Virus record (IMG/VR): IMGVR_UViG_3300011113_000747
Location: 32,001 to 96,000 of that record
Strand: one strand, 5' to 3'
From: a virus
Length of the DNA: 64,000 nucleotides
Position 1 is the stretch's first letter, and each line of letters begins with the position of its first letter. Shown piece by piece: positions 1 to 10,127 of this stretch. A program made the translations under genes and the position numbers. The notes beneath the pieces are model-generated. The model was not told the DNA's origin. It saw nothing but the letters and a program-made list of their open reading frames with translations, and made no database searches.

Positions 1-1385
1 AAATCATAGAAGTTAGTTGGTGCGTTAAATTCTACAGAAAGATTAGTTTCTTTAAGTTCGTATTCATCCCAAATCTTTTTTAATTTAAGATGTGTAACGA
101 AAGTCTTTTTAATTGCTGAAGAAAATCTCTGTTGCATTCTTATAATAAAACGAGCAAACTTAAGTTCTTCTCTTAAAATTTCATTACCATCTCTAAATGC
201 ATCTTGTGGGTCAAGTCTTGAAGTTGGTACTTTAAGTGAGCGATAAAGTTTTTTAATAAAGTACATCAAATCTGATAGTTCACCAAGATTAGCACCACCA
301 GGTAATTGTGTTACTTTAGTACCTTCAGACCCTTGTCTTTTAGCAAACCAGAATGCATCAAGCATCGATTGTGGTGTAAATTTTTGCACCATATCATTTT
401 GATCCACATCAATTGTTTTTGTAGACCAGTAATTTTGAATAAGCTTACGAAGGTATGCTTCTGCTTTAGGTGGTGGCATGTTACCAACATCAACGTCAAA
501 TACAAGACGTTCAGGTGCTCTTACCATTCTATAAATGACAATAGCGTCTTCAATAAGTGAGAGCTGTCTATAAGCTCTTCTAGCATTTTCTAGAATTGGT
601 AAAACAAATGTTTTATTTTCATCATATATACCAGAGCTAATATATACAATCTGATTTTCATCCATTGGGATGTAATCATATTTTTCTACTTTCTGTGGTT
701 GTTTCGGATCAAGAATAGGCTTTTTATAGATATAGCCTTTAATCATTAAATTTTGTAAGTTATTATATACAGGGTCGCAAAGCTCAGCTGGTATATTAAC
801 AAAACCTAAAATACCTTGATCTGAATAATCCTTATGGATAATATTTTCAAAGTACACTTCACCTTCAATAAGAAACTGTCTGATATATGACCAACCTCTA
901 TTTTCTAAGTCAAAATATTCTACAATTTTACTAAACTCTTTCTTAAGAGTTTGTTGTTGTTCATCTGTAAGTTTTTTATCTCTAAACTCCAAATGTACAA
1001 TATCACCATTTTCATCTTTATTAATAAATTCATCGCAAATTTCATCCAATGCATCAGCTACATCTGAATATGCTGCCATAATACGATAATCACGTAATCT
1101 ACCCGACTTATCTGAATTGACATTAGAATATAAAACAGATTGTAGTGTTTTATCTTGATTGAAAAGACCACCACCAGGTTCATTTAACCTACCAATTGCA
1201 ATGGAATTATTAGCTAAAGCTTCTGCACGCTTTGGTCCATTCTTTGCGAAAAGTTCATATTTAGGATTTTTTTCCTGAATATTATCTACTTCTTTATATG
1301 AATAAGGCAACCTTTGCGCAATATAGGTCATTAGACCTCTGCCGAATGTTGATGATTTACCTGTATTGTTTTCTTGCATCGCCAT
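1..1385 (-). CDS. gp20: Portal vertex protein (T4 gp20 family), C-terminus runs off the left edge
   Basis: Not in the ORF track. Manual translation from ATG at 1385 gives PILENARRAYRQLSLIEDAIVIYRMVRAPERLVFDVDVGNMPPPKAEAYL, the gp20 signature. Confidence 0.92.
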   Translation of the reverse strand, partial: MAMQENNTGKSSTFGRGLMTYIAQRLPYSYKEVDNIQEKNPKYELFAKNGPKRAEALANNSIAIGRLNEPGGGLFNQDKTLQSVLYSNVNSDKSGRLRDYRIMAAYSDVADALDEICDEFINKDENGDIVHLEFRDKKLTDEQQQTLKKEFSKIVEYFDLENRGWSYIRQFLIEGEVYFENIIHKDYSDQGILGFVNIPAELCDPVYNNLQNLMIKGYIYKKPILDPKQPQKVEKYDYIPMDENQIVYISSGIYDENKTFVLPILENARRAYRQLSLIEDAIVIYRMVRAPERLVFDVDVGNMPPPKAEAYLRKLIQNYWSTKTIDVDQNDMVQKFTPQSMLDAFWFAKRQGSEGTKVTQLPGGANLGELSDLMYFIKKLYRSLKVPTSRLDPQDAFRDGNEILREELKFARFIIRMQQRFSSAIKKTFVTHLKLKKIWDEYELKETNLSVEFNAPTNFYD

Positions 1386-1405
1386 ATTTATTTTATTTAT
1401 TTAAC

Positions 1406-2539
1406 TCAAATAAGCGTAAAAACAATATTTTTGGACTTAAATGATGAATCCCAACCAACTTCATTTGCAACAACTATGGTGAAATTACCAGTCTGTTGTG
1501 TATAAGGTAAAGTAAAATATAGTAAGTTATCGTTTACTATAGTGTAATCATCTAGAAGGAACCCACTTACTGTACCTTGCTTAATTGTAGAAATTGATGT
1601 AATGTTTGGATATAAACTAGTATTATTAGATGAAAGCATCAAATATAATACATCGCTTTCTTTATACCATTCACCCCCCACTGAAAATGTTAAGTTCGAT
1701 AACTGATTACGTACCGTTGTATTTTCGGTTATTTCTGCTTGAGCTTTTGTACTGAAGGATGTTCTAGCATATATACTTTTCACAGAAGGTATACCAGATA
1801 TAGAGAATGATTCTGTTACACCTGACAAGTTCATACCCGAAAGCGTAAAGTATGAATTATATGTTAGAGGTGGTCCTGACTTTGCTGTGAGATTGTAGAA
1901 GTTTGTATCTACAACAAAAATGTTTGATGTTTCTTCAAACTTTTTAAATAACCAACCTTTAATTGTAAAGGTGGTATCAGCTACAATATTGTATTTGTCT
2001 GAAGAAGTTAAGTCTATAGGTGATGTAAGACTCACACTACCATCCCATAATACTTCTGATCTTATTTCACCATAATAATTTAACCCAGCTGACTCTGGAA
2101 CTTTCCATGATAGTATAATATATGGGTTATTATATGGTACAAAATTTGATAGAATCTGATCAATATCAGTCTGAAATTTTGCAATTATAGATAGTGAAAC
2201 TGTTAAATTAACTGGCGTTGGGGTTGGTATTTTACTATACGTTCCGGTGTTTCTATTGTACACCTTTTGCATATAAAATCCATCTAGTTTATTAAACACA
2301 CGTTCATTATCACGTGCTACGCTAGTTAAATTAACAGCAACAACTGGTAAAGTTATGTTTTGTTGTTCGTTTATAATATCATAAAGAACACGCTGCTTTG
2401 GAGCTAATACATATCTTACTTCAATATTTGACTTTGGTACCCTATTGTTATCATACCTCTTAATAATACAGTCATTAAACGCAGCTAAAAACTGCGTAAG
2501 TAAATCCTTTATTTCAAAATGGTATGTATAATTCTTCAC
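1406..2539 (-). CDS. Tail terminator / sheath stabiliser, T4 gp15-like, with C-terminal extension
   Basis: YHFEIKDLLTQFLAAFND, PTPVNLTVSLSIIAKFQTDIDQILSNFVPY; TAAATA late motif upstream; next to portal. Confidence 0.7.
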   Translation of the reverse strand: MKNYTYHFEIKDLLTQFLAAFNDCIIKRYDNNRVPKSNIEVRYVLAPKQRVLYDIINEQQNITLPVVAVNLTSVARDNERVFNKLDGFYMQKVYNRNTGTYSKIPTPTPVNLTVSLSIIAKFQTDIDQILSNFVPYNNPYIILSWKVPESAGLNYYGEIRSEVLWDGSVSLTSPIDLTSSDKYNIVADTTFTIKGWLFKKFEETSNIFVVDTNFYNLTAKSGPPLTYNSYFTLSGMNLSGVTESFSISGIPSVKSIYARTSFSTKAQAEITENTTVRNQLSNLTFSVGGEWYKESDVLYLMLSSNNTSLYPNITSISTIKQGTVSGFLLDDYTIVNDNLLYFTLPYTQQTGNFTIVVANEVGWDSSFKSKNIVFTLI

Positions 2540-2550
2540 CTTAATATTTA

Positions 2551-4185
2551 TCAGACAAATCGGTCGATAAAATATTTAGGTAAGATATCAGTATTATTTT
2601 TCAATACATTGAGCACTGTAGCATCTAAGATATATGTCACGCAATGATCGTCTTTTGATCTAATTCCACGACCACAAGCTTGAATAAGAGAGCATAACAT
2701 TTTATTTTCATACCACTTTTTATCTGCATCAAATAGAATTTTAATTCTCTGATCTGTGAGTGGTAGGTAAGGAGCTTTTACAATGATTTGAAATCTTGCA
2801 AGATCATCTTTTAAGTCAACACCATGAGTAAGTGAAGGTGATACAAGTACTGTCGGCTCATCGGTTTCATAATGAAGTTTGAGAATTTCATCATTCATTA
2901 CACCTTGCTCACGATACAAAAATCGTTTTTCACCACATTTCGGTTTGATTGCATTCGTGATAGCTAACGTATGGGTGTGAATGATACCTTTATCATTTTT
3001 ATGCATTTCACAAATACTCTGCACCATATCAACAATAATAGGTAGAGTTGACTTCATCGAATACGCATTCAATCTATGCTTTGCATTTACATAAATTGGA
3101 GCCTTTTTACTATCAAAAGGTGATGCAATATCGATAAACTTAAACTTCTCAATACCTAAAGTTTTTGCAAAGTTCTTTTCATCAATAATGGTTGCAGACA
3201 TCAAAACAATCTTTTTACCGTAATCAAAAAGATATTTTGTAAGCCTATCAATTTTGAGAGGTGTAAATGTGATGGTATTGCCATTTTTCTTTTCAATGAG
3301 ATACTCACAATCATTCCACGATTCAATAAGCAATTGCAGTTTGCTGTTAAGGTTTTTCAACCCAATCATCTTCTTTTTCTCGTTTTCGAGATAATTAGTT
3401 AACTTGTCATTACCTTTGATAGTCAATTCAATTGCCTTGACTTTCTCTTGAATTGACAATGCAAGAGCTTCTACACCACGATATGCCTTTGCATAATCAC
3501 CAGTTGGAATACTGCTAGAGTAAAAATTAATATCACACTCATCTAGAAAGTCAGTATCGATATTACATGTAAACTCTTTTACAAATTCATCCTCAAGTTC
3601 CGATGCCTCATCACAAATAATGTATTCGCGATGTTTAACATGATCAGGCAATGAGAAAAACATCTTGTAGTTCAAAGTTGCAAATGGACCAACAATTGCT
3701 TCGTTTCTATCTCTATAATAGGTACAGAAGTTTTTTCTCCAACATTCATCTCTTAGTTTCTTAATATGAACACATGGAGCTGTTTCAACAGAATAATTTT
3801 TATCTACTTCACAAAGGTAGTTATTTTTACCTTTTAGTACTTTCACATCATCAAAGAACTGCTTATACTGATCTTGAAGACCCTTTGTTACAGTTAATGC
3901 AAAACAGCCAAATGGTTGCTTCTCAGTTTCATTAACACAATCATATTCATATTCTCCATCTTGCTTATATGCAAGATATGATGTAATAAGATCTCTAAAT
4001 TCTTTAGAGCATTGATTTGAAGCATTAGCTACAGTTTTAGAGATAAAAGATTTACCAGTACCAGTAGGTGCTCTTACTATTACAAATTTATGACCTTCTA
4101 AAAAGGCTTGCTCAATATTATTGAGTACAATTTGTTGAGACTCGTTAGGCTTATATCCAGATGGAAAACAATTAATTAATTTCAC
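2551..4185 (-). CDS. DinG/Rad3-like SF2 helicase
   Basis: APTGTGKS, CDEASELE, LMSATI, QACGRGIRSKDDHC; Cys residues consistent with an Fe-S cluster. Confidence 0.85.
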   Translation of the reverse strand: MKLINCFPSGYKPNESQQIVLNNIEQAFLEGHKFVIVRAPTGTGKSFISKTVANASNQCSKEFRDLITSYLAYKQDGEYEYDCVNETEKQPFGCFALTVTKGLQDQYKQFFDDVKVLKGKNNYLCEVDKNYSVETAPCVHIKKLRDECWRKNFCTYYRDRNEAIVGPFATLNYKMFFSLPDHVKHREYIICDEASELEDEFVKEFTCNIDTDFLDECDINFYSSSIPTGDYAKAYRGVEALALSIQEKVKAIELTIKGNDKLTNYLENEKKKMIGLKNLNSKLQLLIESWNDCEYLIEKKNGNTITFTPLKIDRLTKYLFDYGKKIVLMSATIIDEKNFAKTLGIEKFKFIDIASPFDSKKAPIYVNAKHRLNAYSMKSTLPIIVDMVQSICEMHKNDKGIIHTHTLAITNAIKPKCGEKRFLYREQGVMNDEILKLHYETDEPTVLVSPSLTHGVDLKDDLARFQIIVKAPYLPLTDQRIKILFDADKKWYENKMLCSLIQACGRGIRSKDDHCVTYILDATVLNVLKNNTDILPKYFIDRFV

Positions 4186-4207
4186 ATCTTTATTATAGCT
4201 TATACCT

Positions 4208-4549
4208 TCATTCAGTCAACATATATAAAAAGTTATCATACATTTTATTAGATGTCTTTTTATCTGTTGTTTTGAGTTTATAATAAAGCTCTGAACTATT
4301 ACTATTACAAAAACTACTCAAAGTATATTCAAATACTAGAGAGTTATTTGTTTCGTGAATTTTGTAAGGATAAGGCACTTCAAAAACTTTAATTTCATTA
4401 TCAATATCAAGATTAAACTTAATAAAGAATTGCTTAATTGTAAAAATTTTTAACTTGCCTTTTTTGATTACCTTATTATTAAGTTTGAAAGTAACAGGCT
4501 TAAGTAAGAAGTTGTTTATTTTTTTCTCTATTGAATCTTTGTTTCTCAT
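4208..4549 (-). CDS. Hypothetical protein
   Basis: 113 aa ORF tightly packed in the minus-strand operon. Confidence 0.6.
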   Translation of the reverse strand: MRNKDSIEKKINNFLLKPVTFKLNNKVIKKGKLKIFTIKQFFIKFNLDIDNEIKVFEVPYPYKIHETNNSLVFEYTLSSFCNSNSSELYYKLKTTDKKTSNKMYDNFLYMLTE

Positions 4550-4917
4550 GACATCATAAAGTTAATTTTTTGTTGTGTGGTCATTAAACGTAGACTATTA
4601 TTGAAATATTTCCAGAACTCATCATTGCCTGGAATTCTATTTAACACCGTTACTGTTTCAGCAGGGATGTTTCTAAAGTCTTGCATTAAAACATCCCACA
4701 CAATAACTAATCCTTCTGATTCAGGATTAAACTTTGGAGCTTGTACTGGAGCTCTATAACCTAACGAAATTAAACCGTTATTTGAGTTTAAAATATTATT
4801 GCTTTTAGTGCATATCATTCGCCTTGTTAGTGGTTTATTTTTTACAGGTAACCGTCTAACAAAGCGAATATCTAGCACATTTTCAGCTAATAATGAATTT
4901 AACTCAGTCGTTGTCAT
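4546..4917 (-). CDS. Hypothetical protein, DUF2693/WYL-like SH3 fold
   Basis: LDIRFVRR...TRRMICT...VWDVLMQDFRNI pattern. Confidence 0.5.
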   Translation of the reverse strand: MTTTELNSLLAENVLDIRFVRRLPVKNKPLTRRMICTKSNNILNSNNGLISLGYRAPVQAPKFNPESEGLVIVWDVLMQDFRNIPAETVTVLNRIPGNDEFWKYFNNSLRLMTTQQKINFMMS

Positions 4918-5317
4918 TTGTTTCTAAAGGTTTGCAGATGCCAAAAATGCGCTGTTCATTTAAAAACATTCCCTTTTTGAGCAAACCATAACCATCAACT
5001 TCAATATTTGCAACTGTAATTCCTTTATCATTTGGAAAGATTACAATGTCACCCTTTTTAGTGAACTTGACATTTGGTCCAACTAGAATTACTTCAGCTT
5101 TTCGCCATGCAGCTCTTACTGCATTTGCTTTGATAAATAGTGATCCACGTTTAATTAAATCACCATCATCGGCATCCATGTCAATATATTTGACAAGAAT
5201 AATATCATCAAAAATGAAGGTGAGCTTGTGGTCTTGTAAACCAAAGTCACCTTCACTATGTGAACTTAAATCAATTACGCTTTTTTGTGTTGGTAAAATA
5301 TCAATATCTGCAGGCAT
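4904..5317 (-). CDS. GroES-like co-chaperonin (gp31 analogue)
   Basis: DDIILVK...AEVILVGP...KKGDIVIF...FLNEQRIFG matches the Cpn10 layout. Confidence 0.7.
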   Translation of the reverse strand: MPADIDILPTQKSVIDLSSHSEGDFGLQDHKLTFIFDDIILVKYIDMDADDGDLIKRGSLFIKANAVRAAWRKAEVILVGPNVKFTKKGDIVIFPNDKGITVANIEVDGYGLLKKGMFLNEQRIFGICKPLETNDND

Positions 5318-5333
5318 ACAGATAATTAATAAA

Positions 5334-5678
5334 TTATTTCAACATATCAACGTACAAATCTAATTCTCTTTTTGATAAAAATTCCCGTTTAACGGGTTGT
5401 ACATCATCTGCTTCTTTTTTTGTTTTTTTAATGTACGATATTTTTTTAAATCTTAATTTTGGTAAAAAGTTAAAATAAAATTCATACAACGCAGTTTTAT
5501 CTTCAAATGGTAAAACACGATTCAAAAAATTATTAACAAAGACAGCAAGATCATTGTTATACATAGAGGTCCATCTATTTATCATAAATGGACCTCCGAA
5601 TGCGTTTTCATCCTCTAAATTCAAATCAATTTTCTTCTTTGAATAAAGGATGCTATTGAGAATATCAAATATTGTCAT
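5334..5678 (-). CDS. Clamp loader small subunit, gp62-like
   Basis: IFDILNSI...PFMINRWTS...YEFYFNFLPK resembles gp62 of T4-like environmental phages. Confidence 0.55.
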   Translation of the reverse strand: MTIFDILNSILYSKKKIDLNLEDENAFGGPFMINRWTSMYNNDLAVFVNNFLNRVLPFEDKTALYEFYFNFLPKLRFKKISYIKKTKKEADDVQPVKREFLSKRELDLYVDMLK

Positions 5679-5874
5679 TTAATGCTAACTTAACATTATC
5701 ACTAATTTTATTCAAAAATTGTTTCATAATGTCATTCAACGCTTTATTAGCAGCTGTTGGGTCCATTGCTAAAACATCTTTACGATTAAGCTTAATGGTG
5801 TATTCAATACTCTTATCATTTAAAGCTACATTTGTGGTGATTGTAACTACGTCTGGTTCTGTTTTTGGTTTCAT
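5665..5874 (-). CDS. Hypothetical protein
   Basis: 69 aa ORF overlapping or abutting its neighbours in the operon. Confidence 0.5.
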   Translation of the reverse strand: MKPKTEPDVVTITTNVALNDKSIEYTIKLNRKDVLAMDPTAANKALNDIMKQFLNKISDNVKLALNDNI

Positions 5875-5875
5875 G

Positions 5876-6457
5876 TTAAACTATTACTTTGGATGTTGCG
5901 ACAAAAATGTCATTGGTTAAATTATAAAATTCTGTTTCCACTTCAGCCATAAACTCCAAACACTTTTCAATTGATAAGTTGGTTGAATATGCAAAATTAG
6001 GAGCAAGCGGACCTGCAACAATATTGATACCAGTATGACCAATTGCAACATTATCTTTACTATATGTAATGCTCACACTTGCTTTCCCCTTTTCTTGTTC
6101 TGTACCATCACTACCGATAAATTTATCGTATACCATAATATCATCACCCTTTACAGAAATACTCTTGTTGATATATTTGTAAAGAATGCTAGCAATCTTA
6201 GTATTAAAAAGTCTCTGAAAACAAACTGCTCCAAAACTATCTAAGTTAGGAATTTCCCAACAGAAGTTCATAGCACCTTGACTTACAATATAGTCGTTTG
6301 ACATTGAATCTTCTAAGTCAATTAAGTTTGTGGACACCAACATAGGTCCAATAAACGAAACAATATCACCAGTTGCACAAACATTTTTCTTCAAAAATCT
6401 ATAAGCAAATCTCTGATGAATAAGAGAGCCGTCGTAATTTTTTTCTTCAATATACAT
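5876..6457 (-). CDS. DUF366 family protein (biotin/lipoate ligase-like fold)
   Basis: YDGSLIH..FAYRF, GDIVSFIGPM, LIDLED, FQRLF, GDDI, KASVSI, GHTGINI. Confidence 0.65.
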   Translation of the reverse strand: MYIEEKNYDGSLIHQRFAYRFLKKNVCATGDIVSFIGPMLVSTNLIDLEDSMSNDYIVSQGAMNFCWEIPNLDSFGAVCFQRLFNTKIASILYKYINKSISVKGDDIMVYDKFIGSDGTEQEKGKASVSITYSKDNVAIGHTGINIVAGPLAPNFAYSTNLSIEKCLEFMAEVETEFYNLTNDIFVATSKVIV

Positions 6458-6463
6458 ATCTTA

Positions 6464-7462
6464 TTATGGTATAAGATTAGCGTTTTTCAACTTTAAAACT
6501 GTTTGTTTTACTGCCATCCACATATCCATATATGTGTAAGTTGCTAACCTACCTAGAAAAATAACATTATCTTCTTTATCAGCTAACTCTTTATATTTTG
6601 TATACATTTGCAACCCCTCACCCCATGGAATTGGATAAAATGGAATATTTTTACCGTTATATGGTTCTGGATATTCTTCTGTTATAATAGTGGTGCCTTT
6701 GTGGTTTGGTGTAAAAAAGCTGTGATCATACGTTCTTGTAAAATCAACAGCTTTTGTATTTTGATTGTATACCACTGCATCAAATTTATTTTCAGAGGTA
6801 ATATGCTTAAACCACAAAGATCTGTATGGTAACTGACCGAAACAATAATTAAAATACTCATCAATTTTACCAGTATATATTGTAAGATCTGCTTGTTCTT
6901 TTTTCCATTCATCAATAGTGCAGTTAAGTCTCACTTCAATACCTTGTAACATTTTTTCAAACATTTTTGTATAACCTTCTTTAGGAATGCATTGATATTT
7001 CTGTCCCTCAAACCAAGTAGGATCTTCACAATCTTTTGTTTTAGGGATTCGGTTAGTAATAGATTTAGGAATTTGATCAAAAGGTACACCCCACTGTTTT
7101 TCGGAATAATCTGCGAAAATTACATCGATAATCTCTTCTTGGGACAATTCTCTTTTAAGTTCACTTTCTGTTTTCTTGCTATATGGTAATGAAATAATAC
7201 CTAGTTTTGTTGCACCTTTGGGTTTATATTCAAACGGAACCCATTCTGTAAATTGTGACAAAAACGCAAAAACTTCTTCATCATCTGTATGAAAAATATG
7301 AGGTCCATAATTGTGCACTATTGTACCGCAAATATTTGAATCATAGCAGTTGCCGCCTATGTGGTTTCGTGATTCAAATATTGTCACTTCATGCCCATGA
7401 TCTTTTAAAAGACGTGCTGCGACCACACCAGATAACCCACAGCCTACTATATTAGCTTTCAT
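6464..7462 (-). CDS. glf: UDP-galactopyranose mutase
   Basis: IVGCGLSG, HIGGNCYD, HNYGPHIFHT, YTGKIDEYF, LPYRSL, PFYPI, LGRLATYTYMDM. Confidence 0.93.
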   Translation of the reverse strand: MKANIVGCGLSGVVAARLLKDHGHEVTIFESRNHIGGNCYDSNICGTIVHNYGPHIFHTDDEEVFAFLSQFTEWVPFEYKPKGATKLGIISLPYSKKTESELKRELSQEEIIDVIFADYSEKQWGVPFDQIPKSITNRIPKTKDCEDPTWFEGQKYQCIPKEGYTKMFEKMLQGIEVRLNCTIDEWKKEQADLTIYTGKIDEYFNYCFGQLPYRSLWFKHITSENKFDAVVYNQNTKAVDFTRTYDHSFFTPNHKGTTIITEEYPEPYNGKNIPFYPIPWGEGLQMYTKYKELADKEDNVIFLGRLATYTYMDMWMAVKQTVLKLKNANLIP

Positions 7463-8069
7463 GCACCCAGAAATTATTGTTTATGATTTTAAATGATTCG
7501 CCGAATGATTCAGTTACAGCTTTTTTAACACCAGGCCAAGTATCCGTATAATCATCCCCGAACATTACTCCGTTCTTATTTAACAGCTTTTTGTAGTTGT
7601 GTATATCTGATAAAACATCTTCATATTCGTGTGACGCATCAATATACATTAAATCTGCTTTTATACCATGATATGATAATACTTTATGGGCTATATTTGA
7701 TGGTAATGGTAACGGTGTAATGTACTCGTCTGTTTCTGTATGGACAACATTTGATAAAAACTGGAAATATATTTGTGGGTACCCATTTTTCAAAAGTAAA
7801 TTTCTCTCTTCTGTATTTGCTAGATTTGTCCAAAATTCTACAGCACCCAGCCATGTATCAATACAAAAAATTTGACATTGTATATTATGCTTCTTACATA
7901 TGCGTGCCATGTTAATAGCCGATGCACCTTTCCATGTTCCTACCTCCACTATTACAGCTGGTTTTGTTTGTAGTATTAATGATTCAAAGACATTATCATT
8001 GCTGTTCCATCCTCTTAAATCGAGGGGAAGTAAATTTATATTTTTATAGATGGTTTTATCGTTTATCAT
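7452..8069 (-). CDS. Class I SAM-dependent methyltransferase (Methyltransf_24-like)
   Basis: VEVGTWKGASA, CIDTW, YIDASHEYEDV, GDDY. Confidence 0.85.
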   Translation of the reverse strand: MINDKTIYKNINLLPLDLRGWNSNDNVFESLILQTKPAVIVEVGTWKGASAINMARICKKHNIQCQIFCIDTWLGAVEFWTNLANTEERNLLLKNGYPQIYFQFLSNVVHTETDEYITPLPLPSNIAHKVLSYHGIKADLMYIDASHEYEDVLSDIHNYKKLLNKNGVMFGDDYTDTWPGVKKAVTESFGESFKIINNNFWVHES

Positions 8070-8741
8070 TTAAATATTTACAGTCATATTATCAATAGGG
8101 GTCTGTCCCCAATTTGATTTGTTTTTATACAAATCAATATGCGGATAATATTCTGTTCTTCTATTTGTTTTTGTTCCGTACCAGTCATCAGGTTCTGTAA
8201 CTACAAAACCACTATATTCACCATACACTGCTGGGGTGGGTCCTGTTCTCCACAGCAAAAAATCCTCGTTTTCTACATGCCATTTTTTACAGTTTAAAAT
8301 ACCCTGATGTGTATAGTCTTTGTTCTTTATAGAAAGAATTAGTTGTTTGTTTGCCAACAGGTAGTCTCCTCTGTATGCACCTATCGACATTGACGGCATG
8401 TCTTTGATGGCTATTTTTTCAGGATTGTCTGCTGGTATATTTTCTATTTTGTTCTTAAAATTTCTACCTACTTTGCATGTATCATGCAACAAAAACCAAT
8501 AGTCTTCTTGGAGGTTATTTTCCACTATACCTATAAGTGCTGTTAACTCAAATGTATTGTTATCTAACAAATAACTAGTACACCCATATAACTCTTTTTT
8601 ATCACAAACGCTATAACCACCAATAAAAATAATTATATCGTTAACAGTGTAACCTGCATCCAGTAGTGATGGTAATAACGTTGGTAATGTTTTTTCGTAA
8701 AAATCTATATTTGAAGCTATAGCTATTTTCATTTCATCCAT
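8070..8741 (-). CDS. Hypothetical protein, possibly GT-A-like
   Basis: WFLLHDT motif; embedded among glycosyltransferases. Confidence 0.5.
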   Translation of the reverse strand: MDEMKIAIASNIDFYEKTLPTLLPSLLDAGYTVNDIIIFIGGYSVCDKKELYGCTSYLLDNNTFELTALIGIVENNLQEDYWFLLHDTCKVGRNFKNKIENIPADNPEKIAIKDMPSMSIGAYRGDYLLANKQLILSIKNKDYTHQGILNCKKWHVENEDFLLWRTGPTPAVYGEYSGFVVTEPDDWYGTKTNRRTEYYPHIDLYKNKSNWGQTPIDNMTVNI

Positions 8742-9412
8742 TTTTTGTTAAAAACTGCTGTCTGGTTATAAGTCATTTCTTGTAATTTAGTTGATGGTAC
8801 CGTATCATGTGAACTACTTGTTTCATGATACACTCTTGATGTTGTTACAAGCGCATGTGGTATAGAATGCTGCTGTAATGTTAACCCATAGTCATTATCT
8901 TGATACCAGAAATTAAATGTTTCATCGAATAAATTACACTGATCAATAACACTTTTATGTACTACAATACACCAACCTGCAATTTCATGTGCAGCTCTAT
9001 AACCATAGTGGTGTGTTACATCATTATTTAGCCCATGCTGTTTATGCCAATTTGGCTCATAAGGTGACATTGACAGTACTTCAGGTACTTTTTTTTGAAA
9101 AATCATTAATTTGGTAAACCAGTTTTCAGTGTAAATAACGTCATTATTTGATATTACAATCCAATCAGATTTACACTCAGTAAGACCGATGTTTAAAAAT
9201 CTATTATAATTAAATTCTTCACCAGGAATTATAACTGTTGAATTATGATAAACATATCCATCTTGCAAATAATTGGGGTTTGTTTCAACTATAATTTCAT
9301 TAAATTTAAATTCCTTTTCACTAGCTCTTAGTGTATTAAGTGTTCTAGTAGTTAAACCGTAATGTTTTAGACTAGCTGTATTTGATAAGATAATAATATC
9401 TACTTGTTGCAT
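8729..9412 (-). CDS. Glycosyltransferase family 2
   Basis: VDIIILS, FNYNRFLNIG, ISNNDV, FNFWYQDND. Confidence 0.8.
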   Translation of the reverse strand: MQQVDIIILSNTASLKHYGLTTRTLNTLRASEKEFKFNEIIVETNPNYLQDGYVYHNSTVIIPGEEFNYNRFLNIGLTECKSDWIVISNNDVIYTENWFTKLMIFQKKVPEVLSMSPYEPNWHKQHGLNNDVTHHYGYRAAHEIAGWCIVVHKSVIDQCNLFDETFNFWYQDNDYGLTLQQHSIPHALVTTSRVYHETSSSHDTVPSTKLQEMTYNQTAVFNKKWMK

Positions 9413-9413
9413 T

Positions 9414-10127
9414 TTATAATAATGTTATAATGTCTTGGTAATATTTTTGTCTTACCAGTTCACCGTATTTTTTTAAATTTTCATCAGGATGTGTACCACC
9501 AAAATCAATGTCAGTATCTGGTTTAGTAGGATTATAACTCTGCACACGCCATGACATACCTTCATAGTGAATATATTTTTTATTTCTAAAATCCATATCT
9601 CCTATTGTTAAACCATTTAACTTTATATCTTCATACATAGTTGAACCAATATTATAAACTCTAGAAGTTGCTTTACTTTTACGTGTTCGTTCTTCATCAA
9701 AGAATACAATATTATGTTTGTTTATTTGATCTAGATCAATAAAACAAAAACTTGGATCCACTCTAGGGTAAAGTAATTTACCACCTTCATCACCTACAAC
9801 TCTACCCGCTAATGCTACCCCACTACTCACAAATTTATTGAACAGTGGTTGTAAATTATCAATAATAATTACATCTGAGTCTACTAGTAAAACATATTTT
9901 GTTTTAATTTGTTTTAATCCATAATTAACACCATTACCATGAACAGCACCTTTTAAATTTATAAAATTTAAATTATTAGAAACTAAAACCTTTTGTGATT
10001 CATCTTCTGTAGATGTATTCACAATAAAAAAATTATACTCTAACTTACTATTTTTATCAAATGATTTCTTTAAATTTAAAATAAGATCAGGTGTATTATA
10101 ATTACAGGTTAATACTGTTAAGTTCAT
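9414..10127 (-). CDS. Glycosyltransferase family 2
   Basis: LTCNYNT, HGNGVNYG, LLVDSDV (DxD). Confidence 0.75.
   Translation of the reverse strand: MNLTVLTCNYNTPDLILNLKKSFDKNSKLEYNFFIVNTSTEDESQKVLVSNNLNFINLKGAVHGNGVNYGLKQIKTKYVLLVDSDVIIIDNLQPLFNKFVSSGVALAGRVVGDEGGKLLYPRVDPSFCFIDLDQINKHNIVFFDEERTRKSKATSRVYNIGSTMYEDIKLNGLTIGDMDFRNKKYIHYEGMSWRVQSYNPTKPDTDIDFGGTHPDENLKKYGELVRQKYYQDIITLL

Noticed and set aside
306-560. Track ORFs 306-560 and 311-505
   Set aside because: Shadow frames of the portal gene.
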